Shown here piece after piece: positions 8,874 to 18,050 of a stretch of 53,099 nucleotides of DNA. The position numbers were made by a program, and so were the translations under genes. The DNA comes from a virus (lineage: Duplodnaviria > Caudoviricetes). The notes below the pieces were generated by a model. It had not been told where the DNA came from and did no database searches. It was given only the letters and a program-made list of their open reading frames with translations. The stretch is taken from positions 1 to 53,099 of IMG/VR virus record IMGVR_UViG_3300005613_000084, one strand, 5' to 3'. The number at the start of each line of letters is the position of its first letter. Positions within the stretch are counted from its first letter, which is position 1.

Positions 8874-9284
8874 ATGTCGGAAATGAAAACTTGCAACCGA
8901 TGTGGCCAGAGGAAACCACTGACCGCATTCCCAATGTACTCCGGCTACCGAAAAGACGGCAGTCGGAAACGGCGAGGATATTGTAGAGAATGCTTTAACG
9001 CACAGAAACGTTGGCGGTACAAAATGGAAATGCACACGCACCTCTCTGAATGCGAGCGCTGCCCGACGTGTGGCGGTAAAGTCCACCCTGTACAACTGTC
9101 TGAAACTTTAATTGTGCCGTGCCTTCTGTGTTTTACGCTCGGCCTGCGCGATCCCCTGGAGAACTCTAATGCAACTACCCCAGCCGATGCCTGCTCCTCA
9201 GCCGATGCCTGCCGTAAATCAGCCGATGCCTATTTCTCAGCCGATACCCATGGTGCCTGCGATGGCGACGGATCAGTACGGTGA
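8874..9284 (+). CDS. Zinc-finger protein (KxCxxCG..KP...F...CxxC)
   Basis: CNRC, CREC, CPTC and CLLC pairs; 3' end overlaps the next gene by 116 nt. Confidence 0.6.
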   Translation: MSEMKTCNRCGQRKPLTAFPMYSGYRKDGSRKRRGYCRECFNAQKRWRYKMEMHTHLSECERCPTCGGKVHPVQLSETLIVPCLLCFTLGLRDPLENSNATTPADACSSADACRKSADAYFSADTHGACDGDGSVR

Positions 9285-9846
9285 CTTACAGCAAGTTCTG
9301 GGTCAGCCGATCGACCCGAACACGATTGAGCCGCAAGATGATTTTGACGCTCTGCCGCCTGGTGAGTACCCCGCACTGATTGAGTCTGCTGAGATTAAGC
9401 AGACCAAGGCAGGAGACGGCTACTATATCAAAATCATCATGCAGGTCTTGGACGGCCAGTATAAGGGCCAGAAGATTTTCGATAACATCAACATCCGGAA
9501 TCCGAATCCAAAGTGTATGCGGATCGGTATGCAGGCCCTCGGGGCGCTCGGTCGCGCAGTTGGGGCTCAGCGGCTTTCCGACATGTCACAGCTTATCAAC
9601 CAGGTTGTGGTCGTGAAGTTGCGCGTCAAGAAAGACAAGACCTATGGCGAGCAAAATATCGTCCAGAAGTACCTGCCCCCTGGTGAGGCGCAGCCTCAGG
9701 TTGGTGATGCTGGACTGCCGAGACCTGCTGTAACTCCTGGGTCGCCTGCCGCTGTACCCGCGGCCACCGCCCCACAGGCCGTTGGTCCCGCTCCGGCACC
9801 GACACAACCGGCAGCAGGGCAGTCGAGGCCGTGGGACTCTCGATAG
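9169..9846 (+). CDS. DUF669-family single-stranded DNA-binding protein
   Basis: GGAGA RBS; FDALPPGEYPALIESAEIKQTKAGDG...LDGQYKGQKIFDNIN; Pro/Ala tail ending RPWDSR; next to the AAA_24 gene as is typical. Confidence 0.85.
   Translation: MQLPQPMPAPQPMPAVNQPMPISQPIPMVPAMATDQYGDLQQVLGQPIDPNTIEPQDDFDALPPGEYPALIESAEIKQTKAGDGYYIKIIMQVLDGQYKGQKIFDNINIRNPNPKCMRIGMQALGALGRAVGAQRLSDMSQLINQVVVVKLRVKKDKTYGEQNIVQKYLPPGEAQPQVGDAGLPRPAVTPGSPAAVPAATAPQAVGPAPAPTQPAAGQSRPWDSR
9181..9258 (+). repeat. Tandem CAGCCGATGCCT-type repeats encoding QPMP
   Basis: Four copies of cagccgat(g/a)cc at 18-21 nt spacing. Confidence 0.8.
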
Positions 9847-9925
9847 CTGGCTCGATGTTGGTTCCGGTGGCCACGGATGGCCACCGCTCTCTTCCCTCTC
9901 CGAAAAAGACCGAGATCGAAGACTG

Positions 9926-10129
9926 ATGGGATGGCTCGGGAGCGCCCTGATTATCGCTGGCCACTGGCGGCTCGGTGCACGGTCGCGAGTCGGATTCCTA
10001 CTCGGGATCGCTGGTGGCTGTTGCTGGATCACAGAGGGTGTTCGTATTGGGAAAACGGATTTGATTTTCATTGAGTGCGTGCTTGCGACAATTGCAATCA
10101 GAAACTTCTGGAGATGGGGACATGACTGA
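9926..10129 (+). CDS. Small membrane protein (PnuC-like phage family)
   Basis: Three short hydrophobic segments, ending RNFWRW. Confidence 0.55.
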   Translation: MGWLGSALIIAGHWRLGARSRVGFLLGIAGGCCWITEGVRIGKTDLIFIECVLATIAIRNFWRWGHD

Positions 10130-10535
10130 AGAAATTGAACAGCTAAGGAAACTCGCAAAGCAACTTTCTGACGCGAAAGACGCAGAGGAAATCGCGCGAG
10201 AACTCCGAATCGGTATCGAGCAGCAGATCGCTGAACTCGTACCGACTGACGAGGAAGGGCAGCGAACCATTTCGCTTGGTAGCAGGTTGAAGCTGACTGT
10301 AAAGCGTGGCCTCATCTACAAGGCCGACACCGACGAAATTGCACGGACACTCAATCAACTGGGGCTCAAGGATGGCAACAAGTACCCGGTGCCTGTCAAA
10401 ACGACCACAAAGGTGACCCTGGATACTGCTGGCTATCGCCAGTATCGCGAGGAATTGCCAGAGGTATGGAAGGCGATTTCCCAACACGTCACCGCCAAGC
10501 CGGCGAAGGTTGCCGTGACCCTAAAGGGAGAGTAA
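10122..10535 (+). CDS. Hypothetical phage protein (N-terminal coiled coil)
   Basis: Translationally coupled within the replication operon; ends VTAKPAKVAVTLK. Confidence 0.7.
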   Translation: MTEEIEQLRKLAKQLSDAKDAEEIARELRIGIEQQIAELVPTDEEGQRTISLGSRLKLTVKRGLIYKADTDEIARTLNQLGLKDGNKYPVPVKTTTKVTLDTAGYRQYREELPEVWKAISQHVTAKPAKVAVTLKGE

Positions 10536-10753
10536 TGAACCTGAAGCGATTGGTAACCAAGGAAGAGCGGATGCGCGCCTACGCAGAGCGGCATAAAAGA
10601 CACGAAAGACGACCTGAGTTTAGCCCTTGCCGCGAGTCGCGCACATCACGCTTACCGATTTGCGTGGGCTTACAAGCACTCGCTGATGTATGGGGCGCAA
10701 CTGCAAGGGAGAAGCACAATGAAAGTGTGGCTGTCCAATATCCGGCTCGTTGA
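10535..10753 (+). CDS. Hypothetical protein
   Basis: GGGAG RBS; TAATG coupling to the upstream gene. Confidence 0.55.
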   Translation: MNLKRLVTKEERMRAYAERHKRHERRPEFSPCRESRTSRLPICVGLQALADVWGATAREKHNESVAVQYPAR

Positions 10754-10919
10754 AGCCGACAGAATCATGTCCGCCTTTCCTGGCGTTACTCCAGGGACGC
10801 CACACGCTGCCGGTGGAATGTCGGCCAGGGAACTCTGTAAGGCCAATATTATCGGCCTTTATGCTCCCGAGGCGCAAGCTGCCGAATTGACGTTCCGACT
10901 AGGAGATCGAAATGAGTGA
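10719..10919 (+). CDS. Hypothetical protein
   Basis: GGGAG RBS before ATG 10719. Confidence 0.55.
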   Translation: MKVWLSNIRLVEADRIMSAFPGVTPGTPHAAGGMSARELCKANIIGLYAPEAQAAELTFRLGDRNE

Positions 10920-11331
10920 TACAGTAGTTACGAAAGAGTTTCGCAAGAGTGGCAACGGAGAGTTTTACTCGATAGTAAGGAAGGATACAACGGGCTTACG
11001 TTCTCAACTAGAGACCATAATACAACTCGGCTGGCTGCCTCGGGACATTGAAATCCCCGAAACCGCCAAGAGTCTGTGGTTTGAATTCTCGCGCAAAAAG
11101 AGGGCCGGTTCAATTCCAGTTGAGCTTCGCGCCTACGATATGACGCTTGAGGTGGAGAATCCTCTTGCACCCCCAGAGTGGAAGGATGGGAGGGGATGGA
11201 AACCACAATATACTTCATTGTACTCATCTGAGATCGTAGGTGGCCTCGCAAAGGCGCTGAAAATCCTGGGTCTAAAGTGTCTCTTGACAGGGAACAGTAA
11301 GCGCTTTATGCGAGTTCTCTACACCGAATAG
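10912..11331 (+). CDS. Hypothetical protein, paralog of 14459..14809
   Basis: AGGAG RBS; shares EIP(E/D)TAK(S/T)LWFE...SIPVE with 14459..14809. Confidence 0.7.
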   Translation: MSDTVVTKEFRKSGNGEFYSIVRKDTTGLRSQLETIIQLGWLPRDIEIPETAKSLWFEFSRKKRAGSIPVELRAYDMTLEVENPLAPPEWKDGRGWKPQYTSLYSSEIVGGLAKALKILGLKCLLTGNSKRFMRVLYTE

Positions 11332-11342
11332 GAGGTAACATC

Positions 11343-11453
11343 GTGAACACTATCACCTCTGAATTCGGTGCTCTTATGGTGTTATTTGGAATACTCGAAT
11401 TCGCGATTGGCGCAATCGCTGGCTGGTGTTTGAGAGGACTTCATGGGCGGTGA
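11343..11453 (+). CDS. Small single-pass membrane peptide (36 aa)
   Basis: GGAGGT RBS, GTG start; FGALMVLFGILEFAIGAIAGWCL. Confidence 0.5.
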   Translation: MNTITSEFGALMVLFGILEFAIGAIAGWCLRGLHGR

Positions 11454-12756
11454 TATCGCAGACGTACAGGGTGATTCGCAGACCGTTCAGGCGATTTTCG
11501 CCCACTACAAACAACAGGGCGATAACGGCTACATGAGCCGTACAGTCCCCGCGTCGATGCTCGGGCATCCGTGCGAACGATACCTCTGGTATTGCTATCG
11601 GCAGTGCTGTAAACCGGACTTTGACGGTCGGATGTACCGCTTGTTCGAGACTGGCCAGCGGGAAGAGGAACGGATCGCCGCGGACCTTCGCGCGATTGGG
11701 TGTACGGTCCACGTTGAGGATGAGCAGACCAAGAGGCAATTCTTGGTGACTGAGTTCGGCGGGCACCTGAAAGGCTACCTGGACGGCTGTGTCCTCGGGC
11801 TCCCGGAGGCACCGAAGACCTGGCATGTCCTGGAAATGAAAACACACAACGCCAAGTCGTTCCGGGATCTGTGCCGGCAGGGCGTCCGGAAATCACAGCC
11901 GAAGCACGCTGCGCAATGTGCTATTTACATGCACCTAACCGGCATGAAGCGAGCCTTGTATTTTGCGACCTGCAAGGATAACGACGCGATCTACATAGAG
12001 AGGCTTCGATACGACAAAAGCGAGGCGAAGGTTTTAATGGCTAAGGCGCAAGGGGTCATTGAATCAGTAACCCCGCCTTTCCGGCTTTCCGACCGGCCCG
12101 ACTACTATGAATGCCGTTGGTGTGATGCGCACGATATCTGCCATGGCACTGGCGAATTTGCGCTGCCCGTTCCGAAACTCTCTTGCCGGCACTGTTGCCA
12201 CGCTACGCCAGTAGTAACTGGCGACGGCGGGCAATGGGAGTGTGAACGGCATCACGTGCGCATCAACACCGATAGCCCATGTAGCGACCATTTGACGCTC
12301 CCCGTACTCCTCCCTTTCGCGGAGCCGGGAATCTATGACGAAGACGAGCGGGAACGAGAGTCGATTGAATTCCGAAACGCAGACGGAACCACTTGGAAGC
12401 ACGGCAATGCCTCGGGCTGTATCACAAGCCACGCCCTTATGGGAATGCCGGCCAGTCTGACTGGTAATGAGACCGTCAGTGCTGCTGGTGACCTCTTCGG
12501 TGCTCGGATTACCGGCTACGTTGCCGACGATATTCTCGCTCGTTATCCAGAGGGAGACTCACGGGTTATTTGGAAGGGGCGGGCCGGTGAATTCATGGAT
12601 GCCTGGAATGGAATCTACCAAGAGAAGTTCGCTGAACTGAAACCGATCGCCAGATGCGACCTCGCGGAGGCGACTGTCTGTGAGTACGAGGGCGGACGGA
12701 TCGCAATCCTTTGGGAAGGTGGAAAGCTGGCTGAGATTCGCGAGGGGGTTGAGTGA
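11443..12756 (+). CDS. PD-(D/E)XK (Cas4-like) exonuclease with Cys clusters
   Basis: ASMLGHPCERYLW, GYLDG...VLEMKT, Q-x-x-x-Y, CRWC...C; within the phage recombination module. Confidence 0.85.
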   Translation: MGGDIADVQGDSQTVQAIFAHYKQQGDNGYMSRTVPASMLGHPCERYLWYCYRQCCKPDFDGRMYRLFETGQREEERIAADLRAIGCTVHVEDEQTKRQFLVTEFGGHLKGYLDGCVLGLPEAPKTWHVLEMKTHNAKSFRDLCRQGVRKSQPKHAAQCAIYMHLTGMKRALYFATCKDNDAIYIERLRYDKSEAKVLMAKAQGVIESVTPPFRLSDRPDYYECRWCDAHDICHGTGEFALPVPKLSCRHCCHATPVVTGDGGQWECERHHVRINTDSPCSDHLTLPVLLPFAEPGIYDEDERERESIEFRNADGTTWKHGNASGCITSHALMGMPASLTGNETVSAAGDLFGARITGYVADDILARYPEGDSRVIWKGRAGEFMDAWNGIYQEKFAELKPIARCDLAEATVCEYEGGRIAILWEGGKLAEIREGVE

Positions 12757-14370
12757 GTGGAGCCTCGCCCCTACCAGAACGAATGCCTCGCGGCGCTGGA
12801 CAATCACATCTGCACGGCTGAGACGAACCCGTGTGTTGTGATGCCGACTGGCTCCGGTAAGTCCCCATGTATCGCGTGGATCATCCAGAAATGGAAAACG
12901 GAGTCACCGTGGTTCCGTTGCGTGATTCTCGCGCATCGGAAAGAGCTAATCGAGCAGAACGCCAAGGCGCTGGAGGCGATTGCCCCCGAGCTTAATGTGG
13001 GTATTTTCTCGGCAGCACTAAAACGTCGAGATTGGGAGGCTTCCGTTCTTTATGCCTCTATTGATTCCATCTTTTGGCGGGCAGGCGATTTTACGCCCTG
13101 GGACGTAATCATGGTCGACGAAGCCCACAGAATACCATTGAAAGGCGAGGGGAAGTACCGGCGATTCATTCAGGAGAGCCGGCAATGGAACGATAGGCTC
13201 CGCGTTGTCGGTTGGACTGCAACGCCCTTTCGTCTTGACGGCGGGCGGATTTGCCATCGCGATCATATCCTGAATGAAGTGTGCTATGAAGCCAAGGTGA
13301 CGGACCTCATTAAACAAGGCTTCCTCTGTAATTTGCGGTCCAAGGTAGGGGAGGCACAGCCGGACTTATCGAGCGCCAAGAAAGCCTGCGGAGACTACAC
13401 GATCAAGAGTCTCGCGGAGATTACGAATCGCGATCAGATCGTTACCGAGGCCGTGACGGAAGCTGTACGGCTCATCGGAGCCGAGAACCGTAAGGCCGTG
13501 ATTTTCTTCTGTGTCGATGTCGCGCATTGCGAGCGGGTGAGCGCTGAGCTTCAAAAACACAGAATCTACGCGCCTGTTGTGACTGCTAAAACGAAACAAC
13601 GCGATCGCGACAGAATCGTCAGAGATTTTAAGGCCCGGAAAATCAACGCCCTGTGTAATGTCAATGTTTATACAGAAGGATTCGATGCGCGGCACGTCGA
13701 CTGCATTGTGCTCCTGCGCCCGACTCTCTCGGCGGGGCTTTACTCACAGATGGTAGGTCGCGGGCTGCGAATTCACGACGACAAGACGGATTGTCTTGTG
13801 CTGGACTTCGGAGGCTGTATTGAGCAACACGGCCCGATAGATCTCCTGGACGGCGAGCCCGTGGTGATGGCAACATGCGGCAACTGCCGTGAGTCGTTCT
13901 CTCGTGCCGCGCGAGTCTGCCCGCAGTGCGGTTGGGAAATTCCGAAACAAGAGATCGAACGTCTAGAGGGCGAGGAACGGGAACGGCGCTTACACGGCAA
14001 GCAGGCATCGGGTGAGTCTATCATCTCGACACAGCCAAAGACGCGCAAGGTCGACGCTGTATTCGTTAATCGGCATGTCAAAGCTGGCTCTCCTGATTCG
14101 ATCCGCGTGCAGTACCGCTGCGAACTGTCGATGTACCGCGAATGGATTTGCCTGGACCATGATGGGTACGCTGGCAAGAAGGCGCAACAGTGGTGGATAC
14201 AGCGCTTCGGGCGACCGAAGAACGGAATAATTACCGTCAACGAAGCCCTCGAAAACCTCTTCCTTTCGCAGGAAATCCTGGAGTGGACAAAGACTATCAC
14301 CGTTCGGTACGGCAAAAGGTATTGGGAGATCGTTGCATACAATAAACCTCTGGAAATGGAGGCTGCATAA
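12757..14370 (+). CDS. Superfamily 2 DEAH helicase (RadD/YejH-like) with C-terminal zinc ribbon
   Basis: PRPYQ, PTGSGKS, DEAH, TATP, TEGFD, QMVGRGLR, CGNC...CPQC. Confidence 0.95.
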   Translation: MEPRPYQNECLAALDNHICTAETNPCVVMPTGSGKSPCIAWIIQKWKTESPWFRCVILAHRKELIEQNAKALEAIAPELNVGIFSAALKRRDWEASVLYASIDSIFWRAGDFTPWDVIMVDEAHRIPLKGEGKYRRFIQESRQWNDRLRVVGWTATPFRLDGGRICHRDHILNEVCYEAKVTDLIKQGFLCNLRSKVGEAQPDLSSAKKACGDYTIKSLAEITNRDQIVTEAVTEAVRLIGAENRKAVIFFCVDVAHCERVSAELQKHRIYAPVVTAKTKQRDRDRIVRDFKARKINALCNVNVYTEGFDARHVDCIVLLRPTLSAGLYSQMVGRGLRIHDDKTDCLVLDFGGCIEQHGPIDLLDGEPVVMATCGNCRESFSRAARVCPQCGWEIPKQEIERLEGEERERRLHGKQASGESIISTQPKTRKVDAVFVNRHVKAGSPDSIRVQYRCELSMYREWICLDHDGYAGKKAQQWWIQRFGRPKNGIITVNEALENLFLSQEILEWTKTITVRYGKRYWEIVAYNKPLEMEAA

Positions 14371-14458
14371 TGATTGACAACATGATTGATAACCCGTTCG
14401 TTTGCGAAATGCTCCGAATCATCAGAATCAGGCCCCCAGTTAAAGAGGAGACTGCACA

Positions 14459-14809
14459 ATGAAAGTTATGTCCAAAGCGTTCCATAGAGATGGAAAAGTT
14501 TTCTACTTGCCGGACGCGAACCACTTCGATCCAGAGCCAATGAACATTGATTGGCTCAAAGACTTGGAAATCCCAGACACCGCCAAGACGCTGTGGTTTG
14601 AGTTGCTTGACAAGCCGACCGATAACTCAATCCCCGTGGAAGCAAGCTCTTGCGGTCTATGCATTGACCTCTCAACTGACGAAGATCAATCGTCCCTCTA
14701 TCATAATGAGTTAATTGGCAGGGGCGGCAAGAGGCTGGATAGTTTCATTGGGAAAAGTGCGTTTGGCCACAGAAACATGCACTTGCAGGTTCATTATCGT
14801 GAAGAATGA
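14459..14809 (+). CDS. Hypothetical protein, paralog of 10912..11331
   Basis: GAGGAG RBS; shared IPDTAKTLWFEL...SIPVE and SLY motifs. Confidence 0.7.
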   Translation: MKVMSKAFHRDGKVFYLPDANHFDPEPMNIDWLKDLEIPDTAKTLWFELLDKPTDNSIPVEASSCGLCIDLSTDEDQSSLYHNELIGRGGKRLDSFIGKSAFGHRNMHLQVHYREE

Positions 14810-14984
14810 AATCACACGAATAACGATTGTGCGACATAACTCAATCTCAGCCAGGCATTGGTACGTGATCCCTTTTCCGCGAGGTAACCACCGCAATAGG
14901 AAATTTAATCACTTCGATGACGCGGAGGAATATGCGGAATCCCTTTCTCCGCACGCGGAAATAAAAGTTGAGGCTTACGACTAA
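14799..14984 (+). CDS. Hypothetical protein
   Basis: Fills the operon gap; GTG start uncertain. Confidence 0.45.
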   Translation: MKNEITRITIVRHNSISARHWYVIPFPRGNHRNRKFNHFDDAEEYAESLSPHAEIKVEAYD

Positions 14985-14996
14985 AGGGGATGCATA

Positions 14997-15167
14997 ATGT
15001 CGATTGAAAATCCAAAAACGCACGCGGAATTTATTGCGCGGTGGCGCAGGATACTCGGGTGCGAGAGTTGTAAGGCCCCAGAGGCACCAATGGTATGCTG
15101 GTGTCGTGTATGCGTTCAACTGGAGAGTATGCGGAGAGAAATGCGTGCAATCATGGGTAAGCAATGA
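14997..15167 (+). CDS. Small Cys-containing protein (56 aa)
   Basis: AGGGGA RBS; CESC and CWCRVC; ATGA-coupled to the primase gene. Confidence 0.5.
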   Translation: MSIENPKTHAEFIARWRRILGCESCKAPEAPMVCWCRVCVQLESMRREMRAIMGKQ

Positions 15168-17416
15168 ACCACTTCCTTGAAGCAGCCTTACGATATGCCG
15201 AGTTTGGTTGGCACGTCTTCCCGTGTGTGCCGAACCAAAAGGTACCCATCACAAAGCACGGCGTCAAAGACGCCACGCGAGATGCCGACCAGATTCAAGC
15301 ATGGTGGACACAGTGGCCGGCTGCGAATGTGGCTGTTGCGTGTGGCGCGGAAAGCGGCGTCTATGTGATAGATGTGGATGTGACCGCGGCCGGGAACGTG
15401 AACGGCTATGAGTCACTGAAGGAGTTTCCGGAACTCCCGGATACTGTTATCCAGAAGACGCCACGAGGTGGCTTCCACGCTTTCTATCGCACAGACAACC
15501 CGCCGGCCAACAAGAACGGCTTCCGGCCGGGGATCGACCTTCGGGGCGATGGGTACTACGTCGTGATTGCGCCGAGTATCCATCCGAATGGTGGACAGTA
15601 CGTCTGGGCTCCGGGTTGCGCTCCGGGCGAGATCGCGATCGCCAAGTACCCGGACTTCATACGCCCGCCGGCCCGTCAGCCGTCCACTAAGCCGGCCGCA
15701 CCGCTCCCGCTCCCCGTCCCAACAGGCGACAGCGCTGCGAGGATGCGCGTTGCCGAGGCGTACATCCCAACGTGCGACATAGCCGTCCAAGGGCAGGCTG
15801 GGCACAACAAGCTGTTTTGGGCGGCGCAATGTGCGGTCAACGGGATCGGGCTCTCGGATTCCGAAGCCTACGACGTTCTCACACGGCTCTTCAACCCCTT
15901 CTGTCAGCCCCCTTGGGACCTGAGTATCCCGAAAGACGAAAAGGATTTCCGCCGGAAGATCAGCGAGGCCCAGAGGAACCCGCCGGGTGACTTGCCGCAT
16001 CTCTGGGTACTCAACAATCCTGACTACGAACATCTCCGCGAGGATGCGCCCCAAGAGGCGTATGACTGGGCTGAGGCGATGCTGGCTAATCACCTGGCCG
16101 GGCAGCAGGCCGTCGAGCAGCCTCTCGTAATCACGGCTCCTGAATTCAGGCTCGACAACCCGCCTGGACTGATCGGCGAGATATGTGAATGGATCGACGC
16201 TACGTCGCTCATCAAACAACCGCTTCTCACATTGGCCTGCGCGCTGACGTTTGGTGGGGCTTTATTTGGACGAAAGATCAAGGATACACTCGGCACGCGA
16301 ACTAACCTGTACTGCATGGGGGTTGCGAATTCCTCAAGCGGCAAGAACCATGCACCTTCTCAAATTCGCAATCTCTGCACGCACTCCGGCTGCCTCGATT
16401 TACTCGGCGGGGAGTCTACTGCGTCCGACTCTGCAATCGAGGAGCGCGTTGCTTGTTCGCCTTCCACACTTTTCCTGTGGGACGAGATTGGGTTTATGCT
16501 TAAGGATATCAAGCGGGGACTTTCTCCACATCGGGCGGCTATTGTGTCGCTACTGATGCGACTCTACTCACTGTCTGGTTCAGTCTACACTGGTCGAGAG
16601 TATGCAGAAAGCGATAAGCGACGGAAGATCATCCAGCCTTGTTGCTGCCTGTATGGAAGTTCTACGCCGATCCGCTTTGCGGAGGGTATTTCTGTTGGTG
16701 AGTTAGAGGATGGCTGGCTCGCCAGATGCCTTTGCTTCAGAGCTTCCGATGATATACCGCGCAAGGTTCGCAGCACTTCAGACCAGCCGCCACCGCCGGG
16801 GCTCTGCGAGAAGGTGGCGCAATGGTTCGCGCGGCAGCCGCAGGCCACAGACGGGCATACTATCGGCGAGTTCGCAAGGTTCGATCCTATCCTTGCGTCG
16901 GCAACGGACCTACCGCCTACGCAGATCGTAGTGCCACGGACTGGCGCGGCGGAGCGGCTGTTTATTATGCTGGACGACGAAGCGCACAGCCCTGAAATTC
17001 AGGAAAGCAGGATGGGGGCACTCTGGCGCAAAGCGGAAGAAAACGCGCGGAAGGTAGCGCTGATTATCGCGGCCGGCGCGAACTACGATGCGCCAGAAAT
17101 CACAGAAGCCGTTGCGGAGTATGCCTGCCAGCTTATAAGGCACCTACTGTTGCAATTCACTGAACGCACAGCGCCCGAGATTGTTGATAATCAAATTGAA
17201 TTTGACAAACAAAAAATCTTCAGGATTATCGCAAGGCACGGCACTAGAGGGTGCGTACATCGCACAATCACAAAACAGACACAGCGCATGAATCGAAAGG
17301 GCAGGGATGCCCTGATTGCGGACATGATCGAAGCTGAGCGTATCTTGCGTGAACCAGAAGGTCGAACATTCCGATATTGGTCAGCGGAGCATTCTCCATG
17401 GACGCAGAAACCGTAA
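15164..17416 (+). CDS. Bifunctional primase-polymerase (Prim-Pol) fused to a DUF3987-like helicase domain
   Basis: GWHVFPC, VIDVD, TPRGGFH, GYYVVIAPS; C-terminal P-loop ANSSSGKN and WDEIG. Confidence 0.9.
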   Translation: MNHFLEAALRYAEFGWHVFPCVPNQKVPITKHGVKDATRDADQIQAWWTQWPAANVAVACGAESGVYVIDVDVTAAGNVNGYESLKEFPELPDTVIQKTPRGGFHAFYRTDNPPANKNGFRPGIDLRGDGYYVVIAPSIHPNGGQYVWAPGCAPGEIAIAKYPDFIRPPARQPSTKPAAPLPLPVPTGDSAARMRVAEAYIPTCDIAVQGQAGHNKLFWAAQCAVNGIGLSDSEAYDVLTRLFNPFCQPPWDLSIPKDEKDFRRKISEAQRNPPGDLPHLWVLNNPDYEHLREDAPQEAYDWAEAMLANHLAGQQAVEQPLVITAPEFRLDNPPGLIGEICEWIDATSLIKQPLLTLACALTFGGALFGRKIKDTLGTRTNLYCMGVANSSSGKNHAPSQIRNLCTHSGCLDLLGGESTASDSAIEERVACSPSTLFLWDEIGFMLKDIKRGLSPHRAAIVSLLMRLYSLSGSVYTGREYAESDKRRKIIQPCCCLYGSSTPIRFAEGISVGELEDGWLARCLCFRASDDIPRKVRSTSDQPPPPGLCEKVAQWFARQPQATDGHTIGEFARFDPILASATDLPPTQIVVPRTGAAERLFIMLDDEAHSPEIQESRMGALWRKAEENARKVALIIAAGANYDAPEITEAVAEYACQLIRHLLLQFTERTAPEIVDNQIEFDKQKIFRIIARHGTRGCVHRTITKQTQRMNRKGRDALIADMIEAERILREPEGRTFRYWSAEHSPWTQKP

Positions 17417-17778
17417 CGATCGTTCTTCCGTTGCCAGTGAAGGTGTTATCGCCAAACTGCGCTATTGCTACGCCAGGCGGGCGTTTTATGAAGGCTCGGG
17501 CGACGAAACGCTACCGTAAATTAGCCCGCGAAGCTGTCCAGGCGGAAAGCCTGGTCGGCTGGGAAAAGGCGTCTGTAGCCGCAACGTTCTACTGGCCCAA
17601 CCAACGGAAGAGAGACACCGACAACGCAATCGCGAGTCTGAAGGCAGCCTACGACGGGCTCGTGGACGCTGGACTGCTGCCCGACGACGACTACGAACAC
17701 ATGCAGCGAGAGCGCCCCGTATTCGAGATCGACCGTAACCACCCCAGGGTGGAGTTGCTAGTAACGAGACTCCAATGA
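17398..17778 (+). CDS. rusA: RusA-like Holliday junction resolvase
   Basis: LPLP...SPN, RDTDN...KAAYDGLVDAGLLPDDD. Confidence 0.8.
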   Translation: MDAETVTIVLPLPVKVLSPNCAIATPGGRFMKARATKRYRKLAREAVQAESLVGWEKASVAATFYWPNQRKRDTDNAIASLKAAYDGLVDAGLLPDDDYEHMQRERPVFEIDRNHPRVELLVTRLQ

Positions 17779-17786
17779 GGAACACC

Positions 17787-18050
17787 ATGGCGAAAAGCAA
17801 ACGCAAACCAGCCGCAGAGCTTGTGGCGCATTCCATTTCGCGACAGCAACCATCTTCATGGTACGACAGTCTTTCGGCAGACGACAGACAGTACGTCCAA
17901 GAAGTCGTGCAAGAAATCGTTCTCCAACCTGGGATCGCACTGCTTCCGGTAGCGAAAAAGCTCATTGCAGAGCTTCAGTTGGAACGCAGCGCGGAGACAG
18001 TTGCCAAGAAACTTAGAAGCCTCGTTATAATAGAGGAGTGCCGTGTCTGA
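17787..18050 (+). CDS. Hypothetical protein (possible HTH)
   Basis: GAGGA RBS; overlaps the start of the phosphoesterase gene. Confidence 0.6.
   Translation: MAKSKRKPAAELVAHSISRQQPSSWYDSLSADDRQYVQEVVQEIVLQPGIALLPVAKKLIAELQLERSAETVAKKLRSLVIIEECRV

Noticed and set aside
11443-12756. Cas4 as part of a CRISPR system
   Set aside because: It is a stand-alone PD-(D/E)XK nuclease in a standard phage recombination module, with no cas1/cas2.
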